Shown here piece by piece: positions 35,871 to 46,525 of a stretch of 64,000 nucleotides of DNA. The notes under the pieces were generated by a model. That model was not told the origin of the DNA. It did no database searches and saw only the letters and a program-made list of their open reading frames with translations. Origin of the DNA: Aequorivita sp. (GTDB taxonomy: Bacteria; Bacteroidota; Bacteroidia; Flavobacteriales; Flavobacteriaceae). The position numbers and the translations under genes were made by a program. Position 1 is the stretch's first letter, and each line of letters begins with the position of its first letter. The stretch spans positions 10,069 through 74,068 of the forward strand of contig JBLWTS010000003.1 of assembly GCA_048270045.1 (NCBI GenBank), read 5' to 3'.

Positions 35871-36719
35871 ATGAAATGGAAAGGCAGAAGAGAAAGCAGT
35901 AACCTCGACGATAGAAGAGGAATGAGTACCAAAGGCAAATTTGCCGCCGGTGGAGGTGTGATTGCTTTAATTGTGTTAGCACTCCAGTTTTTTGGAGGAG
36001 AAACTGGACAACAGCTCGCGCCAATACTCAACCAACTGGGCAATGGATCGTCCCAGCAGACAGAACAACGTGAGCTTACCTCCCAAGAAAAGGAAATGGG
36101 AAGTTTTATGGCAACAGTTTTAGCCGATACAGAAGATGTATGGAGTCAGATATTTGCGCAAAATAATTTAGGGCGTTACCAAGAACCGACTATGGTTTTA
36201 TTTACTGATGCCGTGAATACAGGCTGTGGAAATGCTACGTCGGCATCAGGTCCTTTCTATTGTCCTGCGGATCAAAAATTATATATGGATTTGGCATTTT
36301 TCAATGAATTGAAAACACGTTTTGGCGCAAAAGGTGGAGATTTTGCTATTGCCTATGTCACTGCCCACGAAATTGGTCATCACGTTCAAACATTGTTAGG
36401 AACTTCCCAAAAAGTAAACAGTTTACAGCGACAAAACAGGAACGAAGCTAATAGATTGTCCGTCGCTTTGGAGCTTCAAGCCGATTTTTATGCAGGCGTT
36501 TGGGCTCATTATAACAAAAAATATTTGGAAGAAGGCGATATAGAAGAAGCTCTAAGTGCTGCGAATGCCGTTGGGGACGATGCAATCCAAAAAAGAACAC
36601 AAGGAAGCGTTCGGCCCGATAGTTTTACGCACGGAACTTCGGAACAAAGGATGAGATGGTTTATGAAAGGATATAAAACGGGCGATATCAATCAAAACGA
36701 TACTTTCTCAGAGATGTAA
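35871..36719 (+). CDS. YpfJ-family neutral zinc metallopeptidase
   Basis: MKWKGRRESSNLDDRRG N-terminus, a TM anchor and HEIGHH. Confidence 0.88.
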   Translation: MKWKGRRESSNLDDRRGMSTKGKFAAGGGVIALIVLALQFFGGETGQQLAPILNQLGNGSSQQTEQRELTSQEKEMGSFMATVLADTEDVWSQIFAQNNLGRYQEPTMVLFTDAVNTGCGNATSASGPFYCPADQKLYMDLAFFNELKTRFGAKGGDFAIAYVTAHEIGHHVQTLLGTSQKVNSLQRQNRNEANRLSVALELQADFYAGVWAHYNKKYLEEGDIEEALSAANAVGDDAIQKRTQGSVRPDSFTHGTSEQRMRWFMKGYKTGDINQNDTFSEM

Positions 36720-36770
36720 TATTTTTAAAAAACTTAATTTAAACATTTAATCTAATAGCTGAAATTCATT

Positions 36771-36818
36771 TTTTGATTTTGATTTCGATTTCAACTTCAA
36801 TTTCAGTTTCAATTTCAT
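36771..36818. repeat. TTCAAT/TTCGAT-type tandem repeat tract
   Basis: Read directly, just upstream of paaJ. Confidence 0.8.
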
Positions 36819-36821
36819 TTT

Positions 36822-38033
36822 ATGGAAGCATATATTATTGACGGAATAAGAACACCAATAGGTAATTATCAAGGCGGTTTATCAGATGTGAGAACGGATG
36901 ATTTAGCCGCCTTGGTCATTAAAGAAATAGTAAAAAGAAACCCAAATATCCCCAAAGAAGCATATGACGACGTAATCCTTGGTTGCGCAAATCAAGCTGG
37001 CGAGGACAATCGTAATGTTGCCCGAATGGCTTCACTTTTAGCCGGTTTGCCCTATTCCGTACCTGGAGAAACGGTCAACCGACTTTGTAGTAGCGGACTT
37101 TCGGCAATCATCCATGCCAATCGAGCAATCAAAGCTGGCGATGGTGATTTGTTTATCGCAGGAGGAGTGGAGCACATGACGCGAGGGCCTTATGTTATTG
37201 CAAAACCATCCTCTGCGTATGGAACAGATGCAAAAATGTACGATTCCAGTTTCGGATGGCGATTTGTAAATCCAAAAATGCACGAAATGTATGGCACGGA
37301 TGGAATGGGAAATACAGCTGAAAATCTCGTAGAGAAGTATAATATTTCTCGGGAAGATCAAGACAAATTTGCCTATTGGAGTCAAATGAAAGCTACCAAA
37401 GCACAAGAGAATGGCCGATTGGCAAAGGAAATTGTTACTGTTGAAATTCCACAACGCAAGAAGGATCCGATTCAGTTTTCAAAAGACGAGTTCATAAAAC
37501 CGAATACAACTTTAGAAGTTCTTGGAAAATTGCGTCCTGCCTTTAAAAGAGAGGGAGGAAGCGTAACCGCAGGAAATTCCTCAGGGTTAAATGACGGGGC
37601 GGCAGCAACAATTATAGCTTCGGAAGAAGCTGTGAAAAAATATAATCTAAAGCCATTAGCTCGAATTGTCAGTTCTGCTGTCGTTGGTGTGGAACCCAGA
37701 ATTATGGGAATTGGACCTGTGGAAGCATCTAATAAAGCACTCGAAAAAGCTGGATTGACAATGGATGATATGGATATCATCGAACTCAATGAAGCTTTTG
37801 CCGCTCAAGCACTTGCCTGTACTCGTGCTTGGGGCTTGGCAGATGATGATGCAAGACTTAACCCTAACGGAGGCGCAATAGCTATCGGACATCCACTTGG
37901 CGTTACTGGTGCAAGACTCGCATATTCTGCTGCTTTGGAACTGAAAGAACAGAATAAAAGATATGCGTTGATTACCATGTGTATTGGCGTCGGACAGGGT
38001 TATGCTGCTGTGATTGAACGAATTCCTGCGTAG
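36822..38033 (+). CDS. paaJ: 3-oxoadipyl-CoA / 3-oxo-5,6-dehydrosuberyl-CoA thiolase
   Basis: 403 aa. Thiolase motifs [16 protein letters not shown] and [11 protein letters not shown]. Confidence 0.9.
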   Translation: MEAYIIDGIRTPIGNYQGGLSDVRTDDLAALVIKEIVKRNPNIPKEAYDDVILGCANQAGEDNRNVARMASLLAGLPYSVPGETVNRLCSSGLSAIIHANRAIKAGDGDLFIAGGVEHMTRGPYVIAKPSSAYGTDAKMYDSSFGWRFVNPKMHEMYGTDGMGNTAENLVEKYNISREDQDKFAYWSQMKATKAQENGRLAKEIVTVEIPQRKKDPIQFSKDEFIKPNTTLEVLGKLRPAFKREGGSVTAGNSSGLNDGAAATIIASEEAVKKYNLKPLARIVSSAVVGVEPRIMGIGPVEASNKALEKAGLTMDDMDIIELNEAFAAQALACTRAWGLADDDARLNPNGGAIAIGHPLGVTGARLAYSAALELKEQNKRYALITMCIGVGQGYAAVIERIPA

Positions 38034-38235
38034 GCAGGAATCTCTGAGAGTGACTGCTTGATTAGATTTTGGATATTCTAAAAATAAGGCTGTTCGATGT
38101 ATCATTGTTTTTTGTGATGGCAAAAAGAACATCTTTTCTGTGAAGTGTCATTTTCTTTTTGCGATAGTGAAAAAGAAAACCTCCTTGTAGGTTTAAATCC
38201 CAATATGTATTATATTTACAAAAAATAAATATAAA

Positions 38236-38481
38236 ATGGCAACATTCACTTCTAGTTTACCGGATGAGCTTCTTGAAAATCTTTCGAAAATGGCTAAAGA
38301 GCTTAAAATGCCTAAAAATAAAATTTTAGAAAAGGCGCTTAAAATCTATTTGGAGCAATTGGATAAGGCGGCATATTTAAAAAGCTATAAGCAAATGGCA
38401 AATGATCCAGACATGCTTGCTATGGCCGAAGAGGGTATGGCTGATTATTTTAAACAGTTGGAAGATTTAGAATCAGAATGA
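38236..38481 (+). CDS. Ribbon-helix-helix type II antitoxin
   Basis: 81 aa with an acidic C-terminus. It shares a 4-bp ATGA overlap with the MazF-like gene. Confidence 0.7.
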   Translation: MATFTSSLPDELLENLSKMAKELKMPKNKILEKALKIYLEQLDKAAYLKSYKQMANDPDMLAMAEEGMADYFKQLEDLESE

Positions 38482-38810
38482 AACAAGGAGAGATTTGGAA
38501 TGTATATTTTGATCCTGTTTTGGGAAGTGAACAAGGCGGACGCCGTCTAGCTCTAATAATTTCAGGGAACTTAGCAAACAATAACCTGAACACAATAATA
38601 GTTTGTCCTTTAACATCAAAGCTAAAAAATTATCACGGTAACTTAATCCTGAAACCATCGGCCAATAACGGATTATCAAAAACATCAGAAGTTATGATAA
38701 TTCATATTCGTTCCTTGTCAAAAGAACGATTTTTGAAAAAGATGGGTTCTATTTCAAAATCTGATTTTGATATAGTAAAAGAAGGACTTGACAAAATAAT
38801 AAAATATTGA
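38478..38810 (+). CDS. PemK/MazF-family endoribonuclease toxin
   Basis: 110 aa. MKQGEIWNVYFDPVLGSEQGGRRLALIIS is the MazF/PemK signature. Confidence 0.88.
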   Translation: MKQGEIWNVYFDPVLGSEQGGRRLALIISGNLANNNLNTIIVCPLTSKLKNYHGNLILKPSANNGLSKTSEVMIIHIRSLSKERFLKKMGSISKSDFDIVKEGLDKIIKY

Positions 38811-38816
38811 TTATCA

Positions 38817-41315
38817 ATGAAAAAACTACATAATTACGTTACAGGACAATGGAGAACCGGGAATGGAGAAGGTGTCCCAATGCACGACGCCATTACGGGT
38901 GAAGTGATTGCTCTGTCAGATACCGAAGGTATGGATTTTGCCGAAGTCCTTCAATATGGAAGAACAAAAGGAGGCGAAGTTCTTCGAAAAATGACCTTTC
39001 AGGAAAGAGGAAATATGCTGAAATCTTTAGCGCTTCACTTGGTAAAAAAGAAAGCCGATTTTTATGAAATTAGTTATCGTACCGGAGCAACAAAAGTTGA
39101 TAGCTGGATCGATATTGAAGGAGGTTTTGGAAATCTTTTTGCCAATGCTTCACTTAGAAAATTATTTCCAAATCAATCATATCACGTTGAAGGGGATCCA
39201 ATAGATCTGTCTCGTGGCGGACGTTTTATGGCACATCATATTATGGTGCCCAAACGCGGCGTCGCGATTCATATAAACGCCTTTAACTTTCCGGTTTGGG
39301 GAATGCTGGAAAAGTGTGCTGTAAACTGGATGGCGGGAGTGCCAGCAGTTGTAAAACCTGCAACAAACACTTCGTTTTTGACTGAGGCCGTAGTACGGGA
39401 AATTATCGCTTCTGGCATTTTACCAGAAGGTGCTTTGCAGTTAATTAATGGTTCGGCTCGTACCATTTTGGATTCTGTGGAATCCCAAGATGTGGTAACT
39501 TTTACAGGTTCGGCAACTACTGGGAGAATGCTTAAAGCACATCCAAGAATTATAGAGGAAGCGGTTCCGTTCACAATGGAAGCGGATTCTTTAAATGCTT
39601 CAATTTTGGGAGAAGATGCCGTTCCCGGAACTCCAGAATTCGATCTGTTTATCAAGGAAGTGCGTACCGAAATGACAGTTAAATGTGGACAGAAATGTAC
39701 GGCCATCCGCCGGGTTATTGTGCCAGAAAATTTAATTGAAGATGTTCAGATTGCTCTTGGACAAGCTCTATCAAAAGTAACAATAGGTGACCCGCGGTTA
39801 AAAGAAGTCCGAATGGGGTCATTAGTAAGTTTAGATCAAGTGAAGGAAGTAAGAGAACGCGTTCAGGAATTATCTAAAACTGCGAGTATCGTTTATGGCG
39901 ATTTAGATAAAATTGAAGTAATTGGTGCCGATGCTAAAAAAGGTGCTTTCCTAGCTCCAATATTACTTCGTGAAGATAAACCATTCGAAAACCTAGCTGT
40001 TCATGAAACAGAAGCTTTTGGACCTGTGAGTACGATAATGCCATATAAAAACTTAGATGAAGCTATCGAATTGGCCAAAATGGGCAAAGGTTCTTTGGTT
40101 TCTTCGATTGCAACAAATGATGATAAAATAGCCAAGGATTATGTTGTTAATGCCGCTTCACATCACGGAAGGATTTTGGTTTTAAACCGGGAAAGCGCCA
40201 AAGAAAGTACCGGTCACGGTTCTCCATTACCCTATTTGGTTCACGGAGGTCCAGGAAGAGCAGGAGGAGGAGAGGAAATGGGAGGATTGCGTGGAATAAA
40301 ACATTATCTACAGCGCACCGCTATTCAAGGTTCTCCTACTACTTTGACAGAGATCACAGGTATTTACCAACAAAATGCGAAATATAAGGAAGCCGAAGAG
40401 CATCCATTTAAATATCATTGGGAGGATATTGAGCCTGGAATGTCCTTAAAAACACATAAGCGAACCCTTTCTGATAGCGATATTATCAACTTTGCGAATT
40501 TGACTTGGGATCACTTTTATGCTCACACCGATATAACTTCTTTAGATGGAAGTATTTTTGAAAAACGCACTGCTCACGGATATTTTATAATTGCAGCAGC
40601 AGCAGGATTATTCGTTTATCCAAATAAAGGTCCAGTTGCAGCGAATTACGGATTGGAAGACTGTCGTTTTTTGCGACCGATGTATCACAACGACACTATT
40701 TATGTGCGTTTAACTTGTAAACAAAAAGTGGAGAGGGATGTTGCTGGAGCGGAACACCCAAGTGGAATTGTCAAGTGGTTTGTCGAAGTATTTGATCAGG
40801 AAGATGAATTGGTAGCAGTTGCCACCATTCTTACTATGGTTCAAAAGAAGCAAGAAGTTTTTATTGAAATGACCGATGAAAAAATTCGAGAAGCACTCAG
40901 CAACTTAACCGAAAACTCCAAACCGAAATGGGGTATTATGACGCCTCAGCATTTGGTCGAACATTTAGAGGAGTCTTATAGAATTCTTTCTGGAGAGATT
41001 CAGGATTTTGAGATAGCTACGCCGGAGAAGATTTTGGAAAAGGTTCATAATAGCTTGTATAATTATGATAAATTCCCTCATCACACTCAGTTTCCTACTA
41101 TGAAAAAGGGGGAGTTGGAAGACTTAAAACATCCCGATCTAGCCACAGCGAAAGAAAAACTTTTGGAAGCTCGTGGAGAATATATAACCTTTTTTAAAGA
41201 AAATCCTGATGCTGTTTTGAAGAATATGGTCTTTGGGGAATTGAATAGATATGAATCATACCTATTGGAAAGGAAGCATTTAAATCATCATTTTGAGCAG
41301 TTTGGGTTGGTTTAA
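38817..41315 (+). CDS. paaZ: PaaZ: aldehyde dehydrogenase plus MaoC-like hydratase, with an additional C-terminal DinB/DUF1569-like domain
   Basis: 832 aa. The ALDH region includes EADSLN and GQKCTAIRR. The MaoC hotdog region includes FANLTWDHFYAHTD. The extra ~140-aa tail is KWGIMTPQHLVEHLEESYR...LERKHLNHHFEQFGL. Confidence 0.88.
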   Translation: MKKLHNYVTGQWRTGNGEGVPMHDAITGEVIALSDTEGMDFAEVLQYGRTKGGEVLRKMTFQERGNMLKSLALHLVKKKADFYEISYRTGATKVDSWIDIEGGFGNLFANASLRKLFPNQSYHVEGDPIDLSRGGRFMAHHIMVPKRGVAIHINAFNFPVWGMLEKCAVNWMAGVPAVVKPATNTSFLTEAVVREIIASGILPEGALQLINGSARTILDSVESQDVVTFTGSATTGRMLKAHPRIIEEAVPFTMEADSLNASILGEDAVPGTPEFDLFIKEVRTEMTVKCGQKCTAIRRVIVPENLIEDVQIALGQALSKVTIGDPRLKEVRMGSLVSLDQVKEVRERVQELSKTASIVYGDLDKIEVIGADAKKGAFLAPILLREDKPFENLAVHETEAFGPVSTIMPYKNLDEAIELAKMGKGSLVSSIATNDDKIAKDYVVNAASHHGRILVLNRESAKESTGHGSPLPYLVHGGPGRAGGGEEMGGLRGIKHYLQRTAIQGSPTTLTEITGIYQQNAKYKEAEEHPFKYHWEDIEPGMSLKTHKRTLSDSDIINFANLTWDHFYAHTDITSLDGSIFEKRTAHGYFIIAAAAGLFVYPNKGPVAANYGLEDCRFLRPMYHNDTIYVRLTCKQKVERDVAGAEHPSGIVKWFVEVFDQEDELVAVATILTMVQKKQEVFIEMTDEKIREALSNLTENSKPKWGIMTPQHLVEHLEESYRILSGEIQDFEIATPEKILEKVHNSLYNYDKFPHHTQFPTMKKGELEDLKHPDLATAKEKLLEARGEYITFFKENPDAVLKNMVFGELNRYESYLLERKHLNHHFEQFGLV

Positions 41316-41422
41316 GAGTTTAGAAGTTGAAAAGTTTATGAGTGATAATACTGTAGGTAGAAATAATTCTTTCAGCTGAGATACTGACTATACGTCCATT
41401 CCAGATTTGCCTTAAGAGGGTT

Positions 41423-42004
41423 TTATTGGGTCAAATTTGCTATACACTTTTCTCTTATTTCCCAGATTTTATCGAAATCGAAATTTGAGTTGGTGGTTTT
41501 TAGCCAGTTTTTGATAAAATTTTTGTGATAGTTCACTTTAAATTCTTCGACTTGTTCTGGTTCAATTTCGAGTTCTTGAATGATATCACTTTTTATCATT
41601 TCAAAATTTGATTCAATTGTTGTTATGTCAGTTCTTACGTTGTTTATTTTTAAATAACAGTGTGCTTCGGGAATAAAGTCAATTGGATTTTCTTTAAATA
41701 CATCACCAATATTTGGAGTGTTCTTTTTGTTCATTCTGTAAATTCCTAAAACTAGTTTTACGTTATCTATTTTATTCAGATCGGCTACTTTTTTTAAGAG
41801 TGCGTGTTTTGAACTACAACTTCCTTTCTTTTCGAGAATGACTAACTCGAGTTCGCTTCGGCTTGAATTTCGTCCATAAGGTAATTTCGCTGTGAATTCG
41901 ATAAGTTCATTCCAGATGGTAATTCCGTTGTTTTTTATGATTGTAGTAAGCTCATCCTTGGAATTCAATTTATAATTTTTCGTCACTGATTTCTGAGTAT
42001 TCAT
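41423..42004 (-). CDS. Hypothetical protein
   Basis: 193-aa ORF. I recognise no domain. Confidence 0.5.
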   Translation of the reverse strand: MNTQKSVTKNYKLNSKDELTTIIKNNGITIWNELIEFTAKLPYGRNSSRSELELVILEKKGSCSSKHALLKKVADLNKIDNVKLVLGIYRMNKKNTPNIGDVFKENPIDFIPEAHCYLKINNVRTDITTIESNFEMIKSDIIQELEIEPEQVEEFKVNYHKNFIKNWLKTTNSNFDFDKIWEIREKCIANLTQ

Positions 42005-42026
42005 TTCTGTGCGGTCTCAAATAATT

Positions 42027-42665
42027 TTAGTTCCATTTCTTCTTCGCGGTTACTATGGTGTGGATCTCCATTTGAGATGCTGTTCTTTTATAATTGACCT
42101 CAAATTTGTTTAGTTCGACAAAATTATTTTGAATAAGGAGTTTTTTTAGTTCCTTCAAAGTATGGAAATAGAAGTAACTTCGGTCGCCAGTACTACCAAT
42201 TTGAAAACCTGATTTATTCGGCTCGCCTTCTACAAAACTTATATAGAGGATTCCATTTTTGTTTAGCAAATTGAAGCAATCGGCGATAAATTTTATGCTG
42301 TCAGACGGAGATAAATAGGGCAAGCAGAATCCGCAAACTATGCCGTCATATTTGGTTTGGAGGAGGTTTATTTCTCTGCAATCCATCACTTTGAAACTTG
42401 CTGTAAAATTGTTTTTGGTTGCAAGTTCTACCATATTAGGAGCAATGTCAATTCCGAAAATATTAAAGTCATCTCGTTTTGATAAAAGATACTTTGTAAT
42501 GTTTCCAGGGCCGCAGCCAATATCTAATATGTTTGATTTTCCGTCAGGAATTGAATTACAAAAAAAGTCATAAGAGTCATTGTATAGGTCAAGAGCCATA
42601 AACTTATCTTGGTATTGTGAGGCGATTTTGTTCCAAGTTTCAAAGGTTTCTTTGTAGTTGTCCAT
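42027..42665 (-). CDS. Class I SAM-dependent methyltransferase
   Basis: ILDIGCGPGNITKYL motif I. Confidence 0.85.
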   Translation of the reverse strand: MDNYKETFETWNKIASQYQDKFMALDLYNDSYDFFCNSIPDGKSNILDIGCGPGNITKYLLSKRDDFNIFGIDIAPNMVELATKNNFTASFKVMDCREINLLQTKYDGIVCGFCLPYLSPSDSIKFIADCFNLLNKNGILYISFVEGEPNKSGFQIGSTGDRSYFYFHTLKELKKLLIQNNFVELNKFEVNYKRTASQMEIHTIVTAKKKWN

Positions 42666-42759
42666 TGTATAGTGGGTTTTTATTAGAAGTTAAGCCTCTT
42701 CAGAAAACAGCACTAACTGCTATTTTTAATGATGTTTAAGGGATTAAAACGTTAATGGT

Positions 42760-43206
42760 TTAATCCGCTAATGTGATTTCAATTAATTGTTTTTTTTCTG
42801 GTGGGGTTTTAATTCTGATTTGGATTTTTGTGTAGTGCCACCCTTCCTTTATTCGATTTGCAGCAATATCTAGCATCGCTTTTCCTTTGGTTACTACTAC
42901 GCGAATTGAGGAATTCACAGCCTTGTTGTTGTTTGAATACTCCACATGGCCTTCCAAAATGGCAAGCTTGTCAATGGGTTTTAATTCTCCCAACAACTCT
43001 TTTACTTGTTTGTTGGAATTTGCTTTTTGCAAAGCATTTTCATAAAGTTCGGGGTTGCTATAGGCTTGGGCTAAATCGGTTGCAACGACGTCCATTCCAG
43101 AAGTGAAGAAAATAGTAATCGAAATTAAAATTGTGCCAACCATAGGTATGAGCCATTTCCAACTATTTTTCCACCAACTTGGCTGTGCCGTCAATTCGGT
43201 ATTCAT
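42760..43206 (-). CDS. Membrane-anchored protein of unknown function
   Basis: 148 aa with a single N-terminal TM segment (WKWLIPMVGTILISITIFF). Confidence 0.55.
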   Translation of the reverse strand: MNTELTAQPSWWKNSWKWLIPMVGTILISITIFFTSGMDVVATDLAQAYSNPELYENALQKANSNKQVKELLGELKPIDKLAILEGHVEYSNNNKAVNSSIRVVVTKGKAMLDIAANRIKEGWHYTKIQIRIKTPPEKKQLIEITLAD

Positions 43207-43221
43207 TTTTTGTTTTTTTTT

Positions 43222-44028
43222 TTAGCTATTTTTCTTTGTCGCAACTATCGAATAAACCATAGGTATTTTATTGTCTAGATGTTCTATTCTGTATTTTTTT
43301 GCTTCGAATTCTATAGTCTTGTTAAAACAATTATATGGGGAATAATCATACTCATCAAGGGAATTTATCTCAAGACCGTTTTTGATGAGGCTGTTAATTA
43401 CTTCGCTTAATCCGTGATTCCACATTACATATTCCTGAGTTATAGCTGCTGTTTTGTCTGCATAAGTCCCACTTTCAGTTTCCACAATTGCTCCCGAGTT
43501 GAAATAGCGATACTTGATTTTTTCGAAATTATCGTCAAACATCCAAACCACAGGATGGAATTCAACAAATATAAATTGTCCGTCTGGTTTTAGAAATCTG
43601 GAAATGATTTTTGCCCATTTGTCTAAATCAGGTAACCAACCGATTATACCGTAACTTGTATAAACGATGTCGAATTGTTTGTCTAGACGGGTTGGCAAAT
43701 CATAAATATCACAACAGATGAAATTTGTATTTGAATTCGTTTCTTTCGCAATGCTTTTTGCACTTTCAATTGCTTTGTCCGACAAATCTACACCTGTAAC
43801 TTCGGCTCCAAGTCTGCTTAACGAAATTGAATCTTGCCCAAAATGACATTGCAAATGCAAAATACTTTTGCCTTTAATATCACCTAATAAACGTAGTTCA
43901 ATGTCATTTAAAGAAGTTTTTCCTTTTATGAAGTTGGCAAGATCATAAAACTCCGACTTTAAGTGAGTTTCGGTTTTGTTATTCCAAGATTGTCTGTTTA
44001 TAGCTATGTAGTTTTCTTCGGAATTCAT
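43222..44028 (-). CDS. Class I SAM-dependent methyltransferase
   Basis: ILHLQCHFGQDSISLSRLGAEVTGVDLS motif I/II region. Confidence 0.8.
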   Translation of the reverse strand: MNSEENYIAINRQSWNNKTETHLKSEFYDLANFIKGKTSLNDIELRLLGDIKGKSILHLQCHFGQDSISLSRLGAEVTGVDLSDKAIESAKSIAKETNSNTNFICCDIYDLPTRLDKQFDIVYTSYGIIGWLPDLDKWAKIISRFLKPDGQFIFVEFHPVVWMFDDNFEKIKYRYFNSGAIVETESGTYADKTAAITQEYVMWNHGLSEVINSLIKNGLEINSLDEYDYSPYNCFNKTIEFEAKKYRIEHLDNKIPMVYSIVATKKNS

Positions 44029-44077
44029 TTTTAGGGTGGTTGGGGTTGATTCAGGGCATGCCCTAAAATTAGAGGCA

Positions 44078-45334
44078 TTATTTTTTTATTATTTTTTCTG
44101 CGTAAAAAGCTTCATCAGCAATTATATTTAATAAGTAAATTCCTTTGCTTAGAGTTGAAATGTCTATGGTTAATTCGGTTAGATTATTTGCTGACGTAGT
44201 AAGAAGTCTTTTTCCTGAAAGATCTGAAATAACGATGCTCATTTCCTTATAACTTTTATCAAATTGCAAGTTTAGGTTTCCAGTTGTTGGATTGGGAAAT
44301 ACTCGTAGTGTTTTTAGGTTAAAGGTTGGAGTACTTAAAACAGTAATGTTTAAAACTTTAGTTTGAGTGTCTGATTTTTCACATTTAGTGGTTGTGAGAG
44401 AAACAGTATATGTTCCGTTTTCTGCATAAGTGTGAATAGGGTTTGTTTCGATTGAAGTACTTGAGTCGCCGAAATCCCACAATAAACTATAATAACTGCT
44501 ACTTGTATTTGTGAACGATACTTCGCCGCCATTAATGACTTCAGAAAAATCTGCTACGGGGTTTTCGGTAAAATCCCAAGTGGAAATTTCGTCAAAAACG
44601 CTTGTTTTTGCCGCCAACTTTATGAGATTGGCTTCGGTTTCACTTAAGGTGAAATTCCAAGGAATTGAAGTTGGATCTTTTTTATAAATCATTGTGTAAA
44701 AAGCACAGGCCACCGCATACGAACCCGCTATGGATGGATGGGAGCCGTCACTAGAATACAAATCTATGTTTGGATGATTTTCCCGAAGATATCTCCAAAC
44801 GGCTCCAGCAGGTGCTAATTCGGCTTCATTGGTATCCGCCATATTGATGTAGGTAGCTCTAATTACATCATCCATTTCTTCATAAGTACAGACCCAGGGC
44901 AGGAATGCACAGTTGGCAGAGTCGCCATTCTCGCGGCCCCAAGTCATATAAAATAGGGGTTGTGAACATTCATTGTTTGTTCTAATGGCACTGCTCAATG
45001 ATTCAGCATAAGGGTAAAGTTCTACTTGCATTTGTGCTTCACTAAATGATGTCTCTTGACTTTGTGCTTGAAGTGCTACATAATCCCAGTTGTCGGAATT
45101 TATTTTAGCAAGAGATGTTGCATCAGAGGCGTGATTCATAAATCGATAACCTCCTGGTGTGTATGAGTCAAATATTAAAATATCTCCAGTGCTGTCGGCC
45201 ATGTTTTTTACCAGTAGTGGTAGGTTATTTACAGCAGTGTAACTATTGCCAAGAAATAGAACCTTTTTTGTGGTTTGGCAGTAACTGGAAAATGCGGCAA
45301 CAAAAAGTGATATTAAAAGTAATAGGTGTTTCAT
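44078..45334 (-). CDS. Secreted SGNH-like hydrolase domain plus PKD domain plus T9SS C-terminal sorting domain
   Basis: Signal peptide. VLFLGNSYT near the N-terminus, a PKD-like WDFGDSSTSIETNPIHTYAENGTYTVSL, and a C-terminal FPNPTTGNLNLQF...GIYLLNI. Confidence 0.75.
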   Translation of the reverse strand: MKHLLLLISLFVAAFSSYCQTTKKVLFLGNSYTAVNNLPLLVKNMADSTGDILIFDSYTPGGYRFMNHASDATSLAKINSDNWDYVALQAQSQETSFSEAQMQVELYPYAESLSSAIRTNNECSQPLFYMTWGRENGDSANCAFLPWVCTYEEMDDVIRATYINMADTNEAELAPAGAVWRYLRENHPNIDLYSSDGSHPSIAGSYAVACAFYTMIYKKDPTSIPWNFTLSETEANLIKLAAKTSVFDEISTWDFTENPVADFSEVINGGEVSFTNTSSSYYSLLWDFGDSSTSIETNPIHTYAENGTYTVSLTTTKCEKSDTQTKVLNITVLSTPTFNLKTLRVFPNPTTGNLNLQFDKSYKEMSIVISDLSGKRLLTTSANNLTELTIDISTLSKGIYLLNIIADEAFYAEKIIKK

Positions 45335-45537
45335 TATGTTATGGGGATTTTGACTTTTTGTGAGTGTAGTTATACCTTTCGTTTTTAAAATTGTTAAAAT
45401 GAAAATATTGTATTTTTTTCTTCAATTCAATGGATGATTGATAGAAAGGCATTTTGTCTTACAATCAAATATATTAAAATCTTTAAGGCTGTCGTTTTTC
45501 ACACTTGATATAATTCGATTTAATCGAGTTAATACGA

Positions 45538-46380
45538 TTAATAAAACAGTTTCCGAATAGCAATAAAAACGAAAACCAGAAAAGTATATACTAAAAAGAA
45601 AGGTAGAATAAAGTCTTCTAATCGAAATACAAGCAATGTTGCTATAATGAGTAATTGAAACCCCAAACCAAAGGTAGAAATGCTAGTCATAAACCAATTT
45701 GGAAATGTTTTGCTCTCGTTCGCTTTAGGATCTAGGGCATAAATAGTTTTATCAAAAGCACCGTAAAGCAGTTTATACAAACCGAAAAGGATATTAACAT
45801 GATTTTGTTTTTCGCCTTTTAAAGCAATTGGGGTTGTGTTTTCAAACACACGGCTCGTAGTGTCACCATCAAATTTATATCGTAGAATAACATAGTAGTA
45901 ATTGTAAAGTGTGCCTTGTAACTGAAGTCCTAAAAATGCTAGAAGACAGATCCAAATGGACGTGCTGCTAATGTACCATATTGAAATAAAAATGAGTGCA
46001 TTTAATATAATGTCGGCCACCGAATCTAAAAAACGACCCGTATAGGAGGGGGTTTGTTTTATGCGGGCTAGTTCGCCGTCTGCAGCATCGAGAATTGATT
46101 TGAGAATTAAAAAGAATGCCGACAGCCAAAAATATCCTTCAATAATGCAATAGACTGCAATAAGCCCAGAAATTATAAACCCAATAGAAATGTGAATAGG
46201 ACTGAAAGCAGTATTTTTCAGTGAGTTCGCGATCACTCTCGCAACAGGTCTTCCATAGTCTGATAGGTCAAGGAATTTATGCTGTTTTGGTAATTTGGAC
46301 ATACAATATTGCAGAAAATTTTTAAGTGGAACCCCTGTAAAGGTATCATTGTTGTCTGAGAAAATAAAGAGATACCTCAT
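45538..46380 (-). CDS. CDP-alcohol phosphatidyltransferase family protein
   Basis: DAADGELARIKQTPSYTGRFLDSVADIILN fits D(x)2DG(x)2AR...G(x)3D(x)3D. The start could be the internal Met at 46302. Confidence 0.8.
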   Translation of the reverse strand: MRYLFIFSDNNDTFTGVPLKNFLQYCMSKLPKQHKFLDLSDYGRPVARVIANSLKNTAFSPIHISIGFIISGLIAVYCIIEGYFWLSAFFLILKSILDAADGELARIKQTPSYTGRFLDSVADIILNALIFISIWYISSTSIWICLLAFLGLQLQGTLYNYYYVILRYKFDGDTTSRVFENTTPIALKGEKQNHVNILFGLYKLLYGAFDKTIYALDPKANESKTFPNWFMTSISTFGLGFQLLIIATLLVFRLEDFILPFFLVYTFLVFVFIAIRKLFY

Positions 46381-46525
46381 TACTTCAATTGCTCCATAAA
46401 CTCTGTTTAATCATTATGGATTTACTCTGATGAATAAGATCCTTTTAAATGATAAATTGGTATTATTTTTTTATATCCTTTTGATATCCCTATATTAGTA
46501 AGAATATTAACCTAAATCTTTTAAT

